Of a DNA stretch of 64,000 nt, positions 55,328-64,000 are shown one piece after another; positions within the stretch are counted from its first letter, which is position 1, and every line of letters starts with the position of its first letter. A program made the position numbers and the translations under genes. The DNA is from an uncultured delta proteobacterium (GTDB lineage: Bacteria; Desulfobacterota; Zymogenia; Zymogenales; Zymogenaceae): positions 1-64,000 of the forward strand of contig CAWBYW010000018.1 of NCBI GenBank assembly GCA_963792965.1, written 5' to 3'. The notes beneath the pieces were generated by a model, which saw nothing but the letters and a program-made list of their open reading frames with translations, made no database searches and had not been told where the DNA came from.

Positions 55328-55967
55328 TCACCTCACGAAGCAGGCTTCGCGGGGGCCCCGGTAGAGAGGGAAAGCTCGTAATGACGGTGGGGTGGGGTTC
55401 CTTTCCTGTCTTCTCCCCTCTCCCGACGGGGCCCCCAAAAATGCTTGCATTTTTGGGGTGTCCTTGTAAACTTTCCAAACTTAATTTAGCGTATAACAAC
55501 CCCAAACGACTACCAATCCCCTTAGCCCATCCCCCACGGGACAATCACCCCAAAAAGCAGGCTTTTTCGGGGCCCCGATCCCACCCGCTCTTCCCCACAG
55601 CGAAGAAAAGGGGGACCGGGCGGCTCGCAGACGGAAAGGATAGCCAATGTTAGGCCTCTGCTCGTAATGGCAGTGAAACGAATGTTCTTCCCGACGAGGC
55701 CCCCAAAAATGCTTGCATTTTTGGGGTGTCACTCGGACACCACATGTGGTGTCCCTACGGGTTGGTGAACCGGCGATTCAGGTAAGGACGCGTCGATTGA
55801 GCAACACGCCTGTTAGAAACCGAGGGGGCTCACATGTCGTGCCCGTCCTAAAAAAGTCTTCTTTATACCGGGCGGCATATATGCCGCCCCTAGGGTTCAA
55901 ACTCGTCCTCGCTCTCTTCTCCCTCTTCTCTCTCGACGAGCCCCCACGAAGCCTGCTTCGTGGGGTG
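55328..55967. repeat. mosaic cluster of hairpin repeats
   Basis: Five GGGCCCCC-stem-GGGGTG hairpins (55328-, 55428+, 55545-, 55698+, 55938+), palindrome half-copy at 55468-55529, GTAG-type hairpins at 55734 and 55821. Confidence 0.8.
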
Positions 55968-55980
55968 TTATCGGTGAAGA

Positions 55981-56010
55981 TTGCACCACCCCATGGGGCA
56001 AAACGAACCA
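55981..56010 (+). promoter_or_regulatory. putative enhancer (UAS) for a sigma54 activator
   Basis: 27/30 identical to 62106-62135, about 200 bp upstream of a sigma54 site. Confidence 0.7.
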
Positions 56011-56206
56011 CGGGCCTTTTCGTCATCCCACGCCCGGACGCTCCCGCCATAAAATCCGCCCGATATCGTCAGGCAATTCGTCCCCTCCGGGCCACCCTCT
56101 ATATATAAGACCCATATTCCGTAACGATTTCATCGAAAATCAGGCTCCCCGCGTCCCCACGACCCTCCCTTCCCCCGCACCTGTCCGACCTTTTCAATTA
56201 AATATC

Positions 56207-56224
56207 TTGGCACATGAATTGCTA
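56207..56224 (+). promoter_or_regulatory. sigma54 (-24/-12) promoter
   Basis: TTGGCACATGAATTGCTA, GG-N10-GC. Confidence 0.8.
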
Positions 56225-56262
56225 AATAATAACTATGTGGTAAAATATTCAGGTGAACGCGG

Positions 56263-56643
56263 ATGCCGACAGGCAGTGAATTAAGAAGGCTGTTGGTGCT
56301 CGACGACGACCCGGCCTCCCAGGCCCACATCGAGGAGGTCTTTGCGGCGGACAAGCTGGCCATCGACTTCTGCAGCCGGCTGGCCGAGGCGGTCAGGTCG
56401 GCCAGAGACCACGGGTGCTTTTGCGGCATCGTGGACGTGGGGATCTGCGACACCCCCTGGGAGCAGGCGGTGGATATCCTCAAGGCGGTGGACGACACGC
56501 TCCCCATCATCCTGACGGCCTCACACAACACGCGGGAGCTGGAGACCAAGGTGCGCGAGCAGCAGATCTTCTATTACTACATCAAGTCGTTCGACACCGA
56601 GGAGCTGCGGCTCGCGGTGCTGGAGGCGATGCGGCGCCCGTGA
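56263..56643 (+). CDS. single-domain response regulator
   Basis: LLVLDDD, IVDV, IILTA, YIKSF. Confidence 0.8.
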   Translation: MPTGSELRRLLVLDDDPASQAHIEEVFAADKLAIDFCSRLAEAVRSARDHGCFCGIVDVGICDTPWEQAVDILKAVDDTLPIILTASHNTRELETKVREQQIFYYYIKSFDTEELRLAVLEAMRRP

Positions 56644-56676
56644 GTGCCCCATGACCTCATTGTGGAGGGACGTCCG

Positions 56677-57897
56677 GTGAGCTGCGTACAGAAAAAGGGA
56701 CTGCTCACGCCCGCCGACACGTCGCCCGTGATCCTCGTCATCGAGGACGAGACGATCATGCGGGAGGCCTGCGCCGAGATCCTGCAGGGCGAGGGCTACC
56801 GGGTCGAGCTTGCCGACAACGGGACGACGGGCCTGGAGCTGACCAAATCCCTCTGCCCGGACCTGGTGCTCGTGGACATCCGCATGCCCGGCATCGAGGG
56901 CCTCGAGCTCCTGACCCTGATCGCCGAGGTCGACCCCGACATCATCACGATCGTCATCACGGGGTACGCCACCATCGAGTACGCGGTGCAGTCGATGAAA
57001 AACGGGGCCTACGACTTCCTCCCCAAGCCCTTCACCCCCGACGAATTGCGGCTCATCGTGAAGCGCGGGCTCGAAAAGAAAAGGCTCATCGCCGAGAAGG
57101 AGGACCTCGAGCGCGAAAAGAAGCACATGACCGAGTTCTTCATCTCCATCGTCTCCCACCAGCTCCAGTCCCCGCTGGCCGCGGTCAAGCAATACTTCGA
57201 GGTGATCCTCGGCGACCTTGCGGGGCCCGTCTCCCCCGAGACGCGCGACATGCTCGGCAAGGCCGACCGCCGGCTCGACGACCTGATCGTCCTCATCCAG
57301 GACTGGCTCTCCTTTGCCCGCTTCGACCCCGGCAAAGTCAGGGAGGGGTTTGCGCCCGTCGACATCGCTAAGGTCCTCAAACACCACCTCGAGTTCCTCG
57401 CCCCTCTCATCAGGGAGCGTCACATCGACGTTCGCCTGGATATCGACGAGAACGTCGGGGAGGTCTTCGGCGACGAGCGCTCGCTGGGCGAGGCCTTCTC
57501 CAACCTCATCAGCAATGGGGTGAAGTATAATCGCGGAAGGCGGGACGCTGCCATCTCGGTCACAAAAGAGGACGGGACCGGCGTTGTGCGCTTCGCGGAC
57601 ACGGGCCTCGGCATCCCCGAAAAGGACGTTCCCCTCATCTTCACCGAGTTCTTCCGGGCCAAAAGCGACGAGACGAAATCGATCAAGGGGACGGGGCTCG
57701 GGCCTTGCCATCGTCAAGAGGATCGTCGAGGCACACGGCGGGGACGGTCACGTTTGAGAGCGTCCACGGGAAGGGGAGCGTCTTCGCGGTACGGCTCCCC
57801 GATCATGGCACAAGACCGGGAAGGTGCCGGCGCCCAGAAGAAGGCCGCGGCGCCCGGAATTATGATATATAATATATCTCATGATCATGACCGATAA
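56677..57897 (+). CDS. hybrid receiver-histidine kinase (three compensating insertions at 57700-57810)
   Basis: Receiver (VIEDE, VDIRMP, PKPF), H-box SHQLQSPL, NLISNGVKY, DTGLGI, GTGLG; GGAGG RBS before GTG 56677. Confidence 0.88.
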   Translation: MSCVQKKGLLTPADTSPVILVIEDETIMREACAEILQGEGYRVELADNGTTGLELTKSLCPDLVLVDIRMPGIEGLELLTLIAEVDPDIITIVITGYATIEYAVQSMKNGAYDFLPKPFTPDELRLIVKRGLEKKRLIAEKEDLEREKKHMTEFFISIVSHQLQSPLAAVKQYFEVILGDLAGPVSPETRDMLGKADRRLDDLIVLIQDWLSFARFDPGKVREGFAPVDIAKVLKHHLEFLAPLIRERHIDVRLDIDENVGEVFGDERSLGEAFSNLISNGVKYNRGRRDAAISVTKEDGTGVVRFADTGLGIPEKDVPLIFTEFFRAKSDETKSIKGTGLGPCHRQEDRRGTRRGRSRLRASTGRGASSRYGSPIMAQDREGAGAQKKAAAPGIMIYNISHDHDR

Positions 57898-57910
57898 TAA
57901 GGAGGATGCG

Positions 57911-58307
57911 ATGGAACAGGGCAAGAAAATACTCCTCGTTGACGATGACAGCGACTTTCGCGCGTCGACCAGGAAGATCCTTGAGTCCGGCGGCTACGTG
58001 GTCGTCGAGGCGGCCACGGGCCAGGAAGGGTTTGCGAAGGCGAAATCGGAAAGCCCGGATATCGGCCGTTATCGATATCATCATGGAAACCTTCAGCGAG
58101 GGCTTTAACCTCATCAAGAAGCTCTCCGAGGACGAGTCGACAAGGGGAATCCCGCGCATCGTGCTGACGACCCTCGGCCTCCAGCAGGAAGAGGACATGG
58201 TGTCGCCCGAGGAGCTCGGGACAAAATTCATCATCCAGAAGCCGGTGAAAAAGGACGAATTCCTCGCGATGGTCCGCGCCGCCCTCCCCCGGGACGCCTC
58301 AGGCTAA
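57911..58307 (+). CDS. single-domain response regulator (frameshift near 58065)
   Basis: ILLVDDD in one frame, IDIIME...IVLT...QKPV in the next; AGGAGG RBS. Confidence 0.8.
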
Positions 58308-58566
58308 GACCGACGAGCCCGGGGATGCCGGCTAAGGCACGTCCACGCGCCATCCTGAACAGGGACCGGACGCCCAGGGCCCGCCGGAAAAAGGCGGGCC
58401 CGATTCATGAGCCGGCCGCCCGCCGAGAGACCGTGTCGCACGACGCGTGCTACGCGCGGTCGTTTGTGCAAAATTCCCCTTGCCCGACAGACACGGTCAA
58501 AGGTATAATACTATTTCAACTTATTTTCACGACAAATAGTCCCAACAGCGGGGTAAAATTACCCAC

Positions 58567-60435
58567 ATGGTGAAAACCACCATACTCCCGGCGGGGCGCG
58601 AGATGTCTCCGTCCGACTACGAGTGGATCTTCCAGATGGGAGACAACGGCATCTTGCTGCTCTCCGAGGACTACCGGATCAAAAACGCCAACCGGATGGC
58701 CACAGAATTGACCGGCTACCCGTACGACGAGCTGATGGGCAAGGACTTCTCCACCCTGATAGACAAGGAGGGCCGCGATTTCCTCTTCGAGCTCTGCGAG
58801 GGGAGCCCCACTATCGAGAGCCGCCGATTCTGCATGGAGATGGAGCTCTTCACCTCGGGTGGCTCGGCCCGCCTGTTTGACGTCTGCGTGAGCACCGCCG
58901 CCGCCCCCGATAAGAAAAAGAAGATCGCCGTCTTCATCCGGGACCTCACCGAAAGGATCCTGATGGAAGACAGGATCCGCCAGACCAACGAGTTCTTGAC
59001 CTCGCTCATCGAAAGCTCGTACGACGGCATCATCGCGGCCGACATGAAGGGGACCATCATCATCTTCAACAAGGGCGCCGAAAACCTCCTCGGCTACAAA
59101 TCGGAGGACGTGATCGGGAAGATGAGCGCCACGGCCCTCTACCCGCCCGGGGTCGCCCAGGACATCATGAAGAAGCTCAGGGACGAAAAATTCGGCGGCG
59201 CCGGAAGGCTCTCGTCCCAGCGCTACGTCGGGCTCTCAAAGGACGGCCAGCCTATCCCGGTCATGCTTTCGGGCTCCCTCATCTACCAGGACGGCAAGGA
59301 GGCCGCCAGCGTCGGTTTTTTCTACGACTTGAGGGACGTATTGGCCGCCCAGCAGGATATCTTAGAGTCGGAAAAGAATTTCCACTACCTCTTCGAGACG
59401 GTGCGCCACGGCCTCTATATATCCAGCCGGGAGGGGAAGTTCATCGACTGCAACCAGACGCTGTTGGATATGCTCGGCTACCCGACCAAAGAGGAGTTCC
59501 TGGCCATGGACATCCCGCGCGACCTCTGGGTCGACCCCGCCGACCGCCTCGCCTTCCAGGAGGTGATCGAGCGCGACGGGTTCGTCAAGGACTACGAGGT
59601 CACGTTCAAGAAGAAAAACGGCCAGCCCATCGATGTCCAGCTGACCGCCCACACGAAAAAGGATCGGTCGGGCACCTGGTATCAGGGGCTCGTCATCGAT
59701 ATGACGGAGCGCAGGACGCACGAGCGGCAGATGCTCCAGTCTGCCAAGATGGCTTCCTTGGGCAAGCTTGCCGCCGGGGTCGCCCACGAGATCAATAACC
59801 CCCTCGGCGGGATCTTCGTCTACGCCAACCTCCTCAAGGAAAAGATGCCGCCGGATGACCCGCGGTCCGTCCATATCGAGAAGATTCTCAGGTCTGCCGT
59901 CCGCACGAAAGAGATCGTCAAGGGGCTCCTGGAGTTCTCGCGCCCCACCAAGTTCAATTTTGTTTCCACCAGTGTCACCACTGCGCTCGAAAACGTGCTG
60001 TCTCTGTTGGAACAGCAGGGATTTTTCTACCACATCATGATCACTAAAAAGCTCCTCGACAATCCCCCTCACGTGATCGCCGATCCGACCCAGCTTGAGC
60101 AGGTCTTCATGAACATCGTCATGAACGCGGCCGAGGCGATGCACGGGGATGGCTCCATCGAGGTCGCCACGGCATTGTCTGAGGACGGGGACTTTCTGGA
60201 CACGACCATTTCGGACACGGGCCCCGGCATCCCAGACGGCGACCTCGGGAGGATCTTCGAGCCGTTCTTCACCACAAAGGACCCCTCCTCGAAAGGCTCG
60301 TCGGGCACGGGGCTGGGCCTTGCCATCAGCTACGGCATTATCGAGAAGCACAACGGCGCCATCACGGTAAAGAGCGAGGTGGGCAAAGGCACCGCCTTCA
60401 CCGTCCGGCTGCCGGTTGAGGAGAAAAAGGGATAA
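58567..60435 (+). CDS. cytoplasmic triple-PAS sensor histidine kinase (NtrB-like)
   Basis: Three PAS domains, AHEINNPL, NIVMNA, DTGPGI, PFFTTK, GTGLGL; start may be ATG 58603. Confidence 0.92.
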   Translation: MVKTTILPAGREMSPSDYEWIFQMGDNGILLLSEDYRIKNANRMATELTGYPYDELMGKDFSTLIDKEGRDFLFELCEGSPTIESRRFCMEMELFTSGGSARLFDVCVSTAAAPDKKKKIAVFIRDLTERILMEDRIRQTNEFLTSLIESSYDGIIAADMKGTIIIFNKGAENLLGYKSEDVIGKMSATALYPPGVAQDIMKKLRDEKFGGAGRLSSQRYVGLSKDGQPIPVMLSGSLIYQDGKEAASVGFFYDLRDVLAAQQDILESEKNFHYLFETVRHGLYISSREGKFIDCNQTLLDMLGYPTKEEFLAMDIPRDLWVDPADRLAFQEVIERDGFVKDYEVTFKKKNGQPIDVQLTAHTKKDRSGTWYQGLVIDMTERRTHERQMLQSAKMASLGKLAAGVAHEINNPLGGIFVYANLLKEKMPPDDPRSVHIEKILRSAVRTKEIVKGLLEFSRPTKFNFVSTSVTTALENVLSLLEQQGFFYHIMITKKLLDNPPHVIADPTQLEQVFMNIVMNAAEAMHGDGSIEVATALSEDGDFLDTTISDTGPGIPDGDLGRIFEPFFTTKDPSSKGSSGTGLGLAISYGIIEKHNGAITVKSEVGKGTAFTVRLPVEEKKG

Positions 60436-60485
60436 GGATAATGACGTATCGCTTACAGGTGAGCGTATTACAGTTTCCCTCCGTC

Positions 60486-60646
60486 GGGGCCCCCACGAAG
60501 CCTGCTTCGTGGGGTGACGTTGGGCCCCCCGGAAAAGCGCAGCTTTTCTGGGGTACCTTGGGGGCCCCCGCGAAAATGGAGTTTTCGTGGGGTGACTCTG
60601 GGGCCTCCAAAGAAATGAAGTTTTTTTGGGGTGACATGGGGGGTGA
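60486..60646 (+). repeat. tandem array of four variable-stem hairpins
   Basis: Units of 36-39 nt: GGGCC(C/T)CC-stem-loop-GGGGT(GAC/AC) with four different, fully paired stems. Confidence 0.85.
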
Positions 60647-62023
60647 TTGTTGTTGAGCGCCGCCTCCAAGATACTCGTCATCGACGACGATCCCGTGATC
60701 CGCGAGGCGGCCACCGACGTGCTGACCGGGGAGGGCTACATCGTCAAGACCGCCCCCGATGGGGCAACGGGCCTCTCGCTCATCTCCGACCGCGCCTTTG
60801 ACCTCATCCTCGTCGATCTCGTGATGCGCGGTATCGACGGCATGGAGGTCTTGAGGAGCGTAAGAGCCGATGATCCGGACGCGGTGGTGGTGGTCATCAC
60901 GGCCCACGGGACCGTCGAATCCGCCGTGCAGGCCATGAAGCTCGGGGCTTTCGATTTTCTGCCCAAGCCCTTTACCCCCAACGAGCTGAGAATGGTCGCC
61001 AGACGTGGACTCTCGGTGCGGCGGCTCACCCTCCAGAACCGGCTCTTCAAGGAGGAGCTCACGCAGGCCGTCGGGACAGAGCTTGGCGGCATCCACCCGA
61101 TCCTCGGCGAGTCCGAGGCGATCATCCACGTCCGCGAGCAGATCAAGAAGGTCGCCCCCACGAGCAGCACGGTCCTCCTGTTGGGCGAAACGGGAACGGG
61201 AAAGGAGCTCGTCGCCCGGGCGATCCATCAGTTCTCCGAGCGACAGCAGGAGCCGATGCTCATCGTCGACTGCGGCTCGCTTGTGGAGACCCTTTTCGAG
61301 AGCGAGCTCTTCGGCCACGTCAAGGGCTCGTTCACCGGGGCCACGGCCACCAAGCACGGCCGCTTCGAGCTCGCCAACGGCGGGACGCTCTTCCTTGACG
61401 AGATCACCAACATCAGCCTGAAGATTCAGAGCAAGCTCCTCCGCGCCATTCAGGAGCGCGAAATTATCCGGGTGGGGAGCTCCCACCCCATCAAAGTGGA
61501 CGTGAGGATCATCGCGGCGACGAACAAGGACATCCTCGACGAGGTCAGGAAAGGCAACTTCCGGGAGGACCTCTTCTACCGGCTTTCGGTTGTGCCGATT
61601 ACGCTGCCCCCCCTGCGCGAGCGGCGGGAGGATATCACGACGCTTGCCCTCCAATTCCTCGAAAAATATGGGCGGCGCCGCAAGAAGGATATCAAGGCGA
61701 TCTCCGAAAAGGCGATGTCGGCGTTGGTCTCATACCACTGGCCCGGAAACGTCCGGGAGCTGGAGAGCGTCATCGAGCGGGCGGTGGTCTTGACCGAAAA
61801 TGAGATGATCATGCTGGCTGACCTGATGTTTTTCGGAGGAGACCGGACACCCGAGGAGACGCGGACCGACCGACTTCTCGTGACGATCGAAGACATGGAA
61901 CGGGAGCACATCCGCCGCGTGCTGGCCTCAACCGAGGGCAGGAAATCCAAAGCCGCCGACATCCTCGGGATCGACCGCAAGACCCTCAGGCTGAAGATGG
62001 CCAAATACGGGATCGAAGAATAG
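60647..62023 (+). CDS. sigma54-dependent response regulator (NtrC/AtoC family)
   Basis: Receiver, [37 protein letters not shown]-terminal Fis HTH. Confidence 0.95.
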   Translation: MLLSAASKILVIDDDPVIREAATDVLTGEGYIVKTAPDGATGLSLISDRAFDLILVDLVMRGIDGMEVLRSVRADDPDAVVVVITAHGTVESAVQAMKLGAFDFLPKPFTPNELRMVARRGLSVRRLTLQNRLFKEELTQAVGTELGGIHPILGESEAIIHVREQIKKVAPTSSTVLLLGETGTGKELVARAIHQFSERQQEPMLIVDCGSLVETLFESELFGHVKGSFTGATATKHGRFELANGGTLFLDEITNISLKIQSKLLRAIQEREIIRVGSSHPIKVDVRIIAATNKDILDEVRKGNFREDLFYRLSVVPITLPPLRERREDITTLALQFLEKYGRRRKKDIKAISEKAMSALVSYHWPGNVRELESVIERAVVLTENEMIMLADLMFFGGDRTPEETRTDRLLVTIEDMEREHIRRVLASTEGRKSKAADILGIDRKTLRLKMAKYGIEE

Positions 62024-62105
62024 CGGCCGGGCACCGGTCGCCATCGTGCAAGCGCGGGAGGCAGTCCGTTTCCGGGTAGCCTCCCGGTCGGGTCCGAGAG
62101 GAATT

Positions 62106-62135
62106 TTGCACCACGATATGGGGCAAAACGAACCA
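62106..62135 (+). promoter_or_regulatory. putative enhancer (UAS) upstream of hoxF
   Basis: TTGCACCAC-GAT-ATGGGGCAAAACGAACCA, shared with 55981-56010. Confidence 0.7.
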
Positions 62136-62322
62136 TGGGATGCGTTGATTTCTCTCGCCGCATTTCCCCTTTCGGGCCGGATCAAGGAAGCCCGGGTCCA
62201 CCCGCACATATCAGATTATCTTGCGCCCTCGTTTCTCAACGATTTCAAACAATAAGCACGCACCTCCCAATTCATCCGACCCCGAGCCGCACGCCGGTAT
62301 GCCGGGCACGCAGCCGCCCGGT

Positions 62323-62340
62323 TTGGCATGTGAATTGCTA
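62323..62340 (+). promoter_or_regulatory. sigma54 (-24/-12) promoter of the hox operon
   Basis: TTGGCATGTGAATTGCTA, GG-N10-GC. Confidence 0.8.
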
Positions 62341-62429
62341 TCTTAAGAAGTGTCGTTCTCCGCGCCGCGGGCGCGCTTTTTTATGAGCCGCCGATTTTTC
62401 AGATCACGTCATAAGAGAGAGGAAAAGAG

Positions 62430-64000
62430 ATGAGCGAAGACCGGGCACTGTTTATTAAGAAGGTCGCGGAAAAATACGGGAGGGACCCCACCCGGCTGAT
62501 GGACGTCCTGTTGGAGGTAAACGCCCAGTACGGCTGGTTCTCGGAGGAAACCATCGGGTACATCGGCGACGCGATGGATATCCCGCGCGTCAAGGTCCGC
62601 GATAAGATCAGCTTCTACACCTTCTTTTCCCGCATTCCCGTCGGCAAGACGGTGATCCGTCTGTCCAACAGCGTCGTGGAGAAGATGAAGGGCTCGACCG
62701 AGATCGCGCGGGCTTTTGAACAAGCCGTCGGCGTCACGTTCGGCCAGACCACCCAGGACGGACAGATCACCCTGGCCTATGCCCAGTGCATCGGCATGAG
62801 CGACCAGGCGCCGTCGGCTCTCATCAACCATATTCCGATCGGTAACCTCCTACCCGAAGATGTGCCGGACATCGTGAACTCGATCAGGAAGGGAGAAGAT
62901 ATCTCCCAACTTCCCCAGGCCCTTATCGACGTGAACCTCAGGCGCTCGGGGCCGGTGGTCTTCGCCCCGATGGATGCCGGCACGGCCCTGCGGGCGGCCC
63001 TCAAGATGACGCCGGAAGGAGTCATCGAGGAGCTCAAAAAGTCCAAGCTGCGCGGCCGCGGCGGCGCGGGTTTCCCCACCGGAAAGAAGTGGGAGGCCGC
63101 CCACAACGTCAAGAGCGACTTCCGCTACATCATCTGCAACGCCGACGAGGGGGAGCCCGGCACCTTCAAGGACCGGGTCATCATGAGCGAGCGGGCCGAC
63201 CTCGTCTTCGAGGGCATGACGATCGCGGGGTATGCTGTCGGCGCCGAATACGGCATCGTCTACCTGAGGGGCGAGTATGAGTACATGCTGGAGGATCTGA
63301 AGAAGATCCTCGAAGAGCGGAGAAAGAAAGGGCTCCTCGGCAAGAATATCCTCGGCAAAAAGGGCTTCAATTTTGCCATCCGGATCCAGATCGGCGCGGG
63401 CGCCTACATCTGCGGAGAGGAATCGGCGCTCATCGAGTCGCTGGAGGGAAAGCGCGGTGCCCCTCGGGAGCGTCCGCCCTTCCCCGTGGAAAAAGGATAC
63501 ATGAACCGCCCCACCTCGGTCAACAACGTCGAGACCCTTTGCGCAGCGGCCCGGATCATGGAACAGGGCGCCGACTGGTTCACCACCATCGGCACCGAGG
63601 CCTCGTCGGGAACGAAGCTCTTGTCCGTCTCGGGTGACTGCAATCGTCCCGGCGTCTACGAGATAGAGTACGGCATATCCGTCGAGAGGTTCCTCAAGAT
63701 GGTCGGGGCCGAGCACGCCATCGCCGCCAAGATCGGAGGCCCCTCGGGTCGCCTCGTGGCGCCGAAGGACTTTGACCGAACGATCTCATTTGAGGACTTC
63801 TCAACCGGCGGCTCGGTCATCTTCTTCGGGCCGGAGCGTGACCTGTTAGTCCATATGCGCCAGTTCACCGAGTTTTTCGTTGAGGAGTCGTGCGGCTGGT
63901 GTACTCCGTGCCGTGTCGGCACCACGCTGATGCTCGTCGAGTTCGACAAGTTCCTCGAGGGCAGGGCGACAAAATCCGACCTCGATAACCTTAAGAGGCT
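62430..64000 (+). CDS. hoxF: NAD-reducing hydrogenase diaphorase subunit (NuoE-NuoF fusion), truncated by the window end
   Basis: Open from ATG 62430 to the end: SFYTFF, CIGMSDQAP, GRGGAGFPTG.KW, CNADEGEPGTFKDR, GAGAYICGEE, ESCGWCTPCRVG. Confidence 0.85.
   Translation, partial: MSEDRALFIKKVAEKYGRDPTRLMDVLLEVNAQYGWFSEETIGYIGDAMDIPRVKVRDKISFYTFFSRIPVGKTVIRLSNSVVEKMKGSTEIARAFEQAVGVTFGQTTQDGQITLAYAQCIGMSDQAPSALINHIPIGNLLPEDVPDIVNSIRKGEDISQLPQALIDVNLRRSGPVVFAPMDAGTALRAALKMTPEGVIEELKKSKLRGRGGAGFPTGKKWEAAHNVKSDFRYIICNADEGEPGTFKDRVIMSERADLVFEGMTIAGYAVGAEYGIVYLRGEYEYMLEDLKKILEERRKKGLLGKNILGKKGFNFAIRIQIGAGAYICGEESALIESLEGKRGAPRERPPFPVEKGYMNRPTSVNNVETLCAAARIMEQGADWFTTIGTEASSGTKLLSVSGDCNRPGVYEIEYGISVERFLKMVGAEHAIAAKIGGPSGRLVAPKDFDRTISFEDFSTGGSVIFFGPERDLLVHMRQFTEFFVEESCGWCTPCRVGTTLMLVEFDKFLEGRATKSDLDNLKR

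Noticed and set aside
60486-60646. CRISPR array
   Set aside because: The constant part is only about 15 nt and imperfect, the variable parts are self-complementary and recur elsewhere, and no cas genes are present.

Overview
A 64-kb, GC-rich chromosomal segment from an anaerobic deltaproteobacterium-like organism (Desulfobacterota or similar; inferred from the xerC-hslVU-argBDFGH-lipoprotein-lysA-dapF-dapA gene order, 2-oxoacid:ferredoxin oxidoreductase, sigma54 regulators and HoxF). Most of it is housekeeping: a por operon, rlmD, ftsH, Arg/Lys biosynthesis, a peptide ABC transporter, c-di-GMP proteins, AlgI/AlgJ-type O-acetylation genes, RNA-modifying enzymes, and a two-component cluster ahead of a truncated NAD-reducing hydrogenase hoxF. 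About a dozen genes carry single-base frameshifts, several in homopolymers, most likely long-read errors. The accessory region (about 50.4-56.1 kb) has an IS481 inserted into the probable toxin of an AT-rich Panacea/SocA toxin-antitoxin pair. It also has a two-gene cassette (small Cys4 protein plus DUF3987-like P-loop/winged-helix protein) bracketed by repeated nested AAGTTT/AAACTT palindromes, an AT-rich tract and a mosaic of short hairpin repeats. One hairpin family (GGGCCCCC-variable stem-GGGGTGAC, about 13 copies) forms a 4-unit tandem array at 60.5 kb with covarying stems and strand-specific G-T pairs. No rRNA, tRNA or CRISPR array was recognised. All family assignments are by eye from motifs, not database searches.
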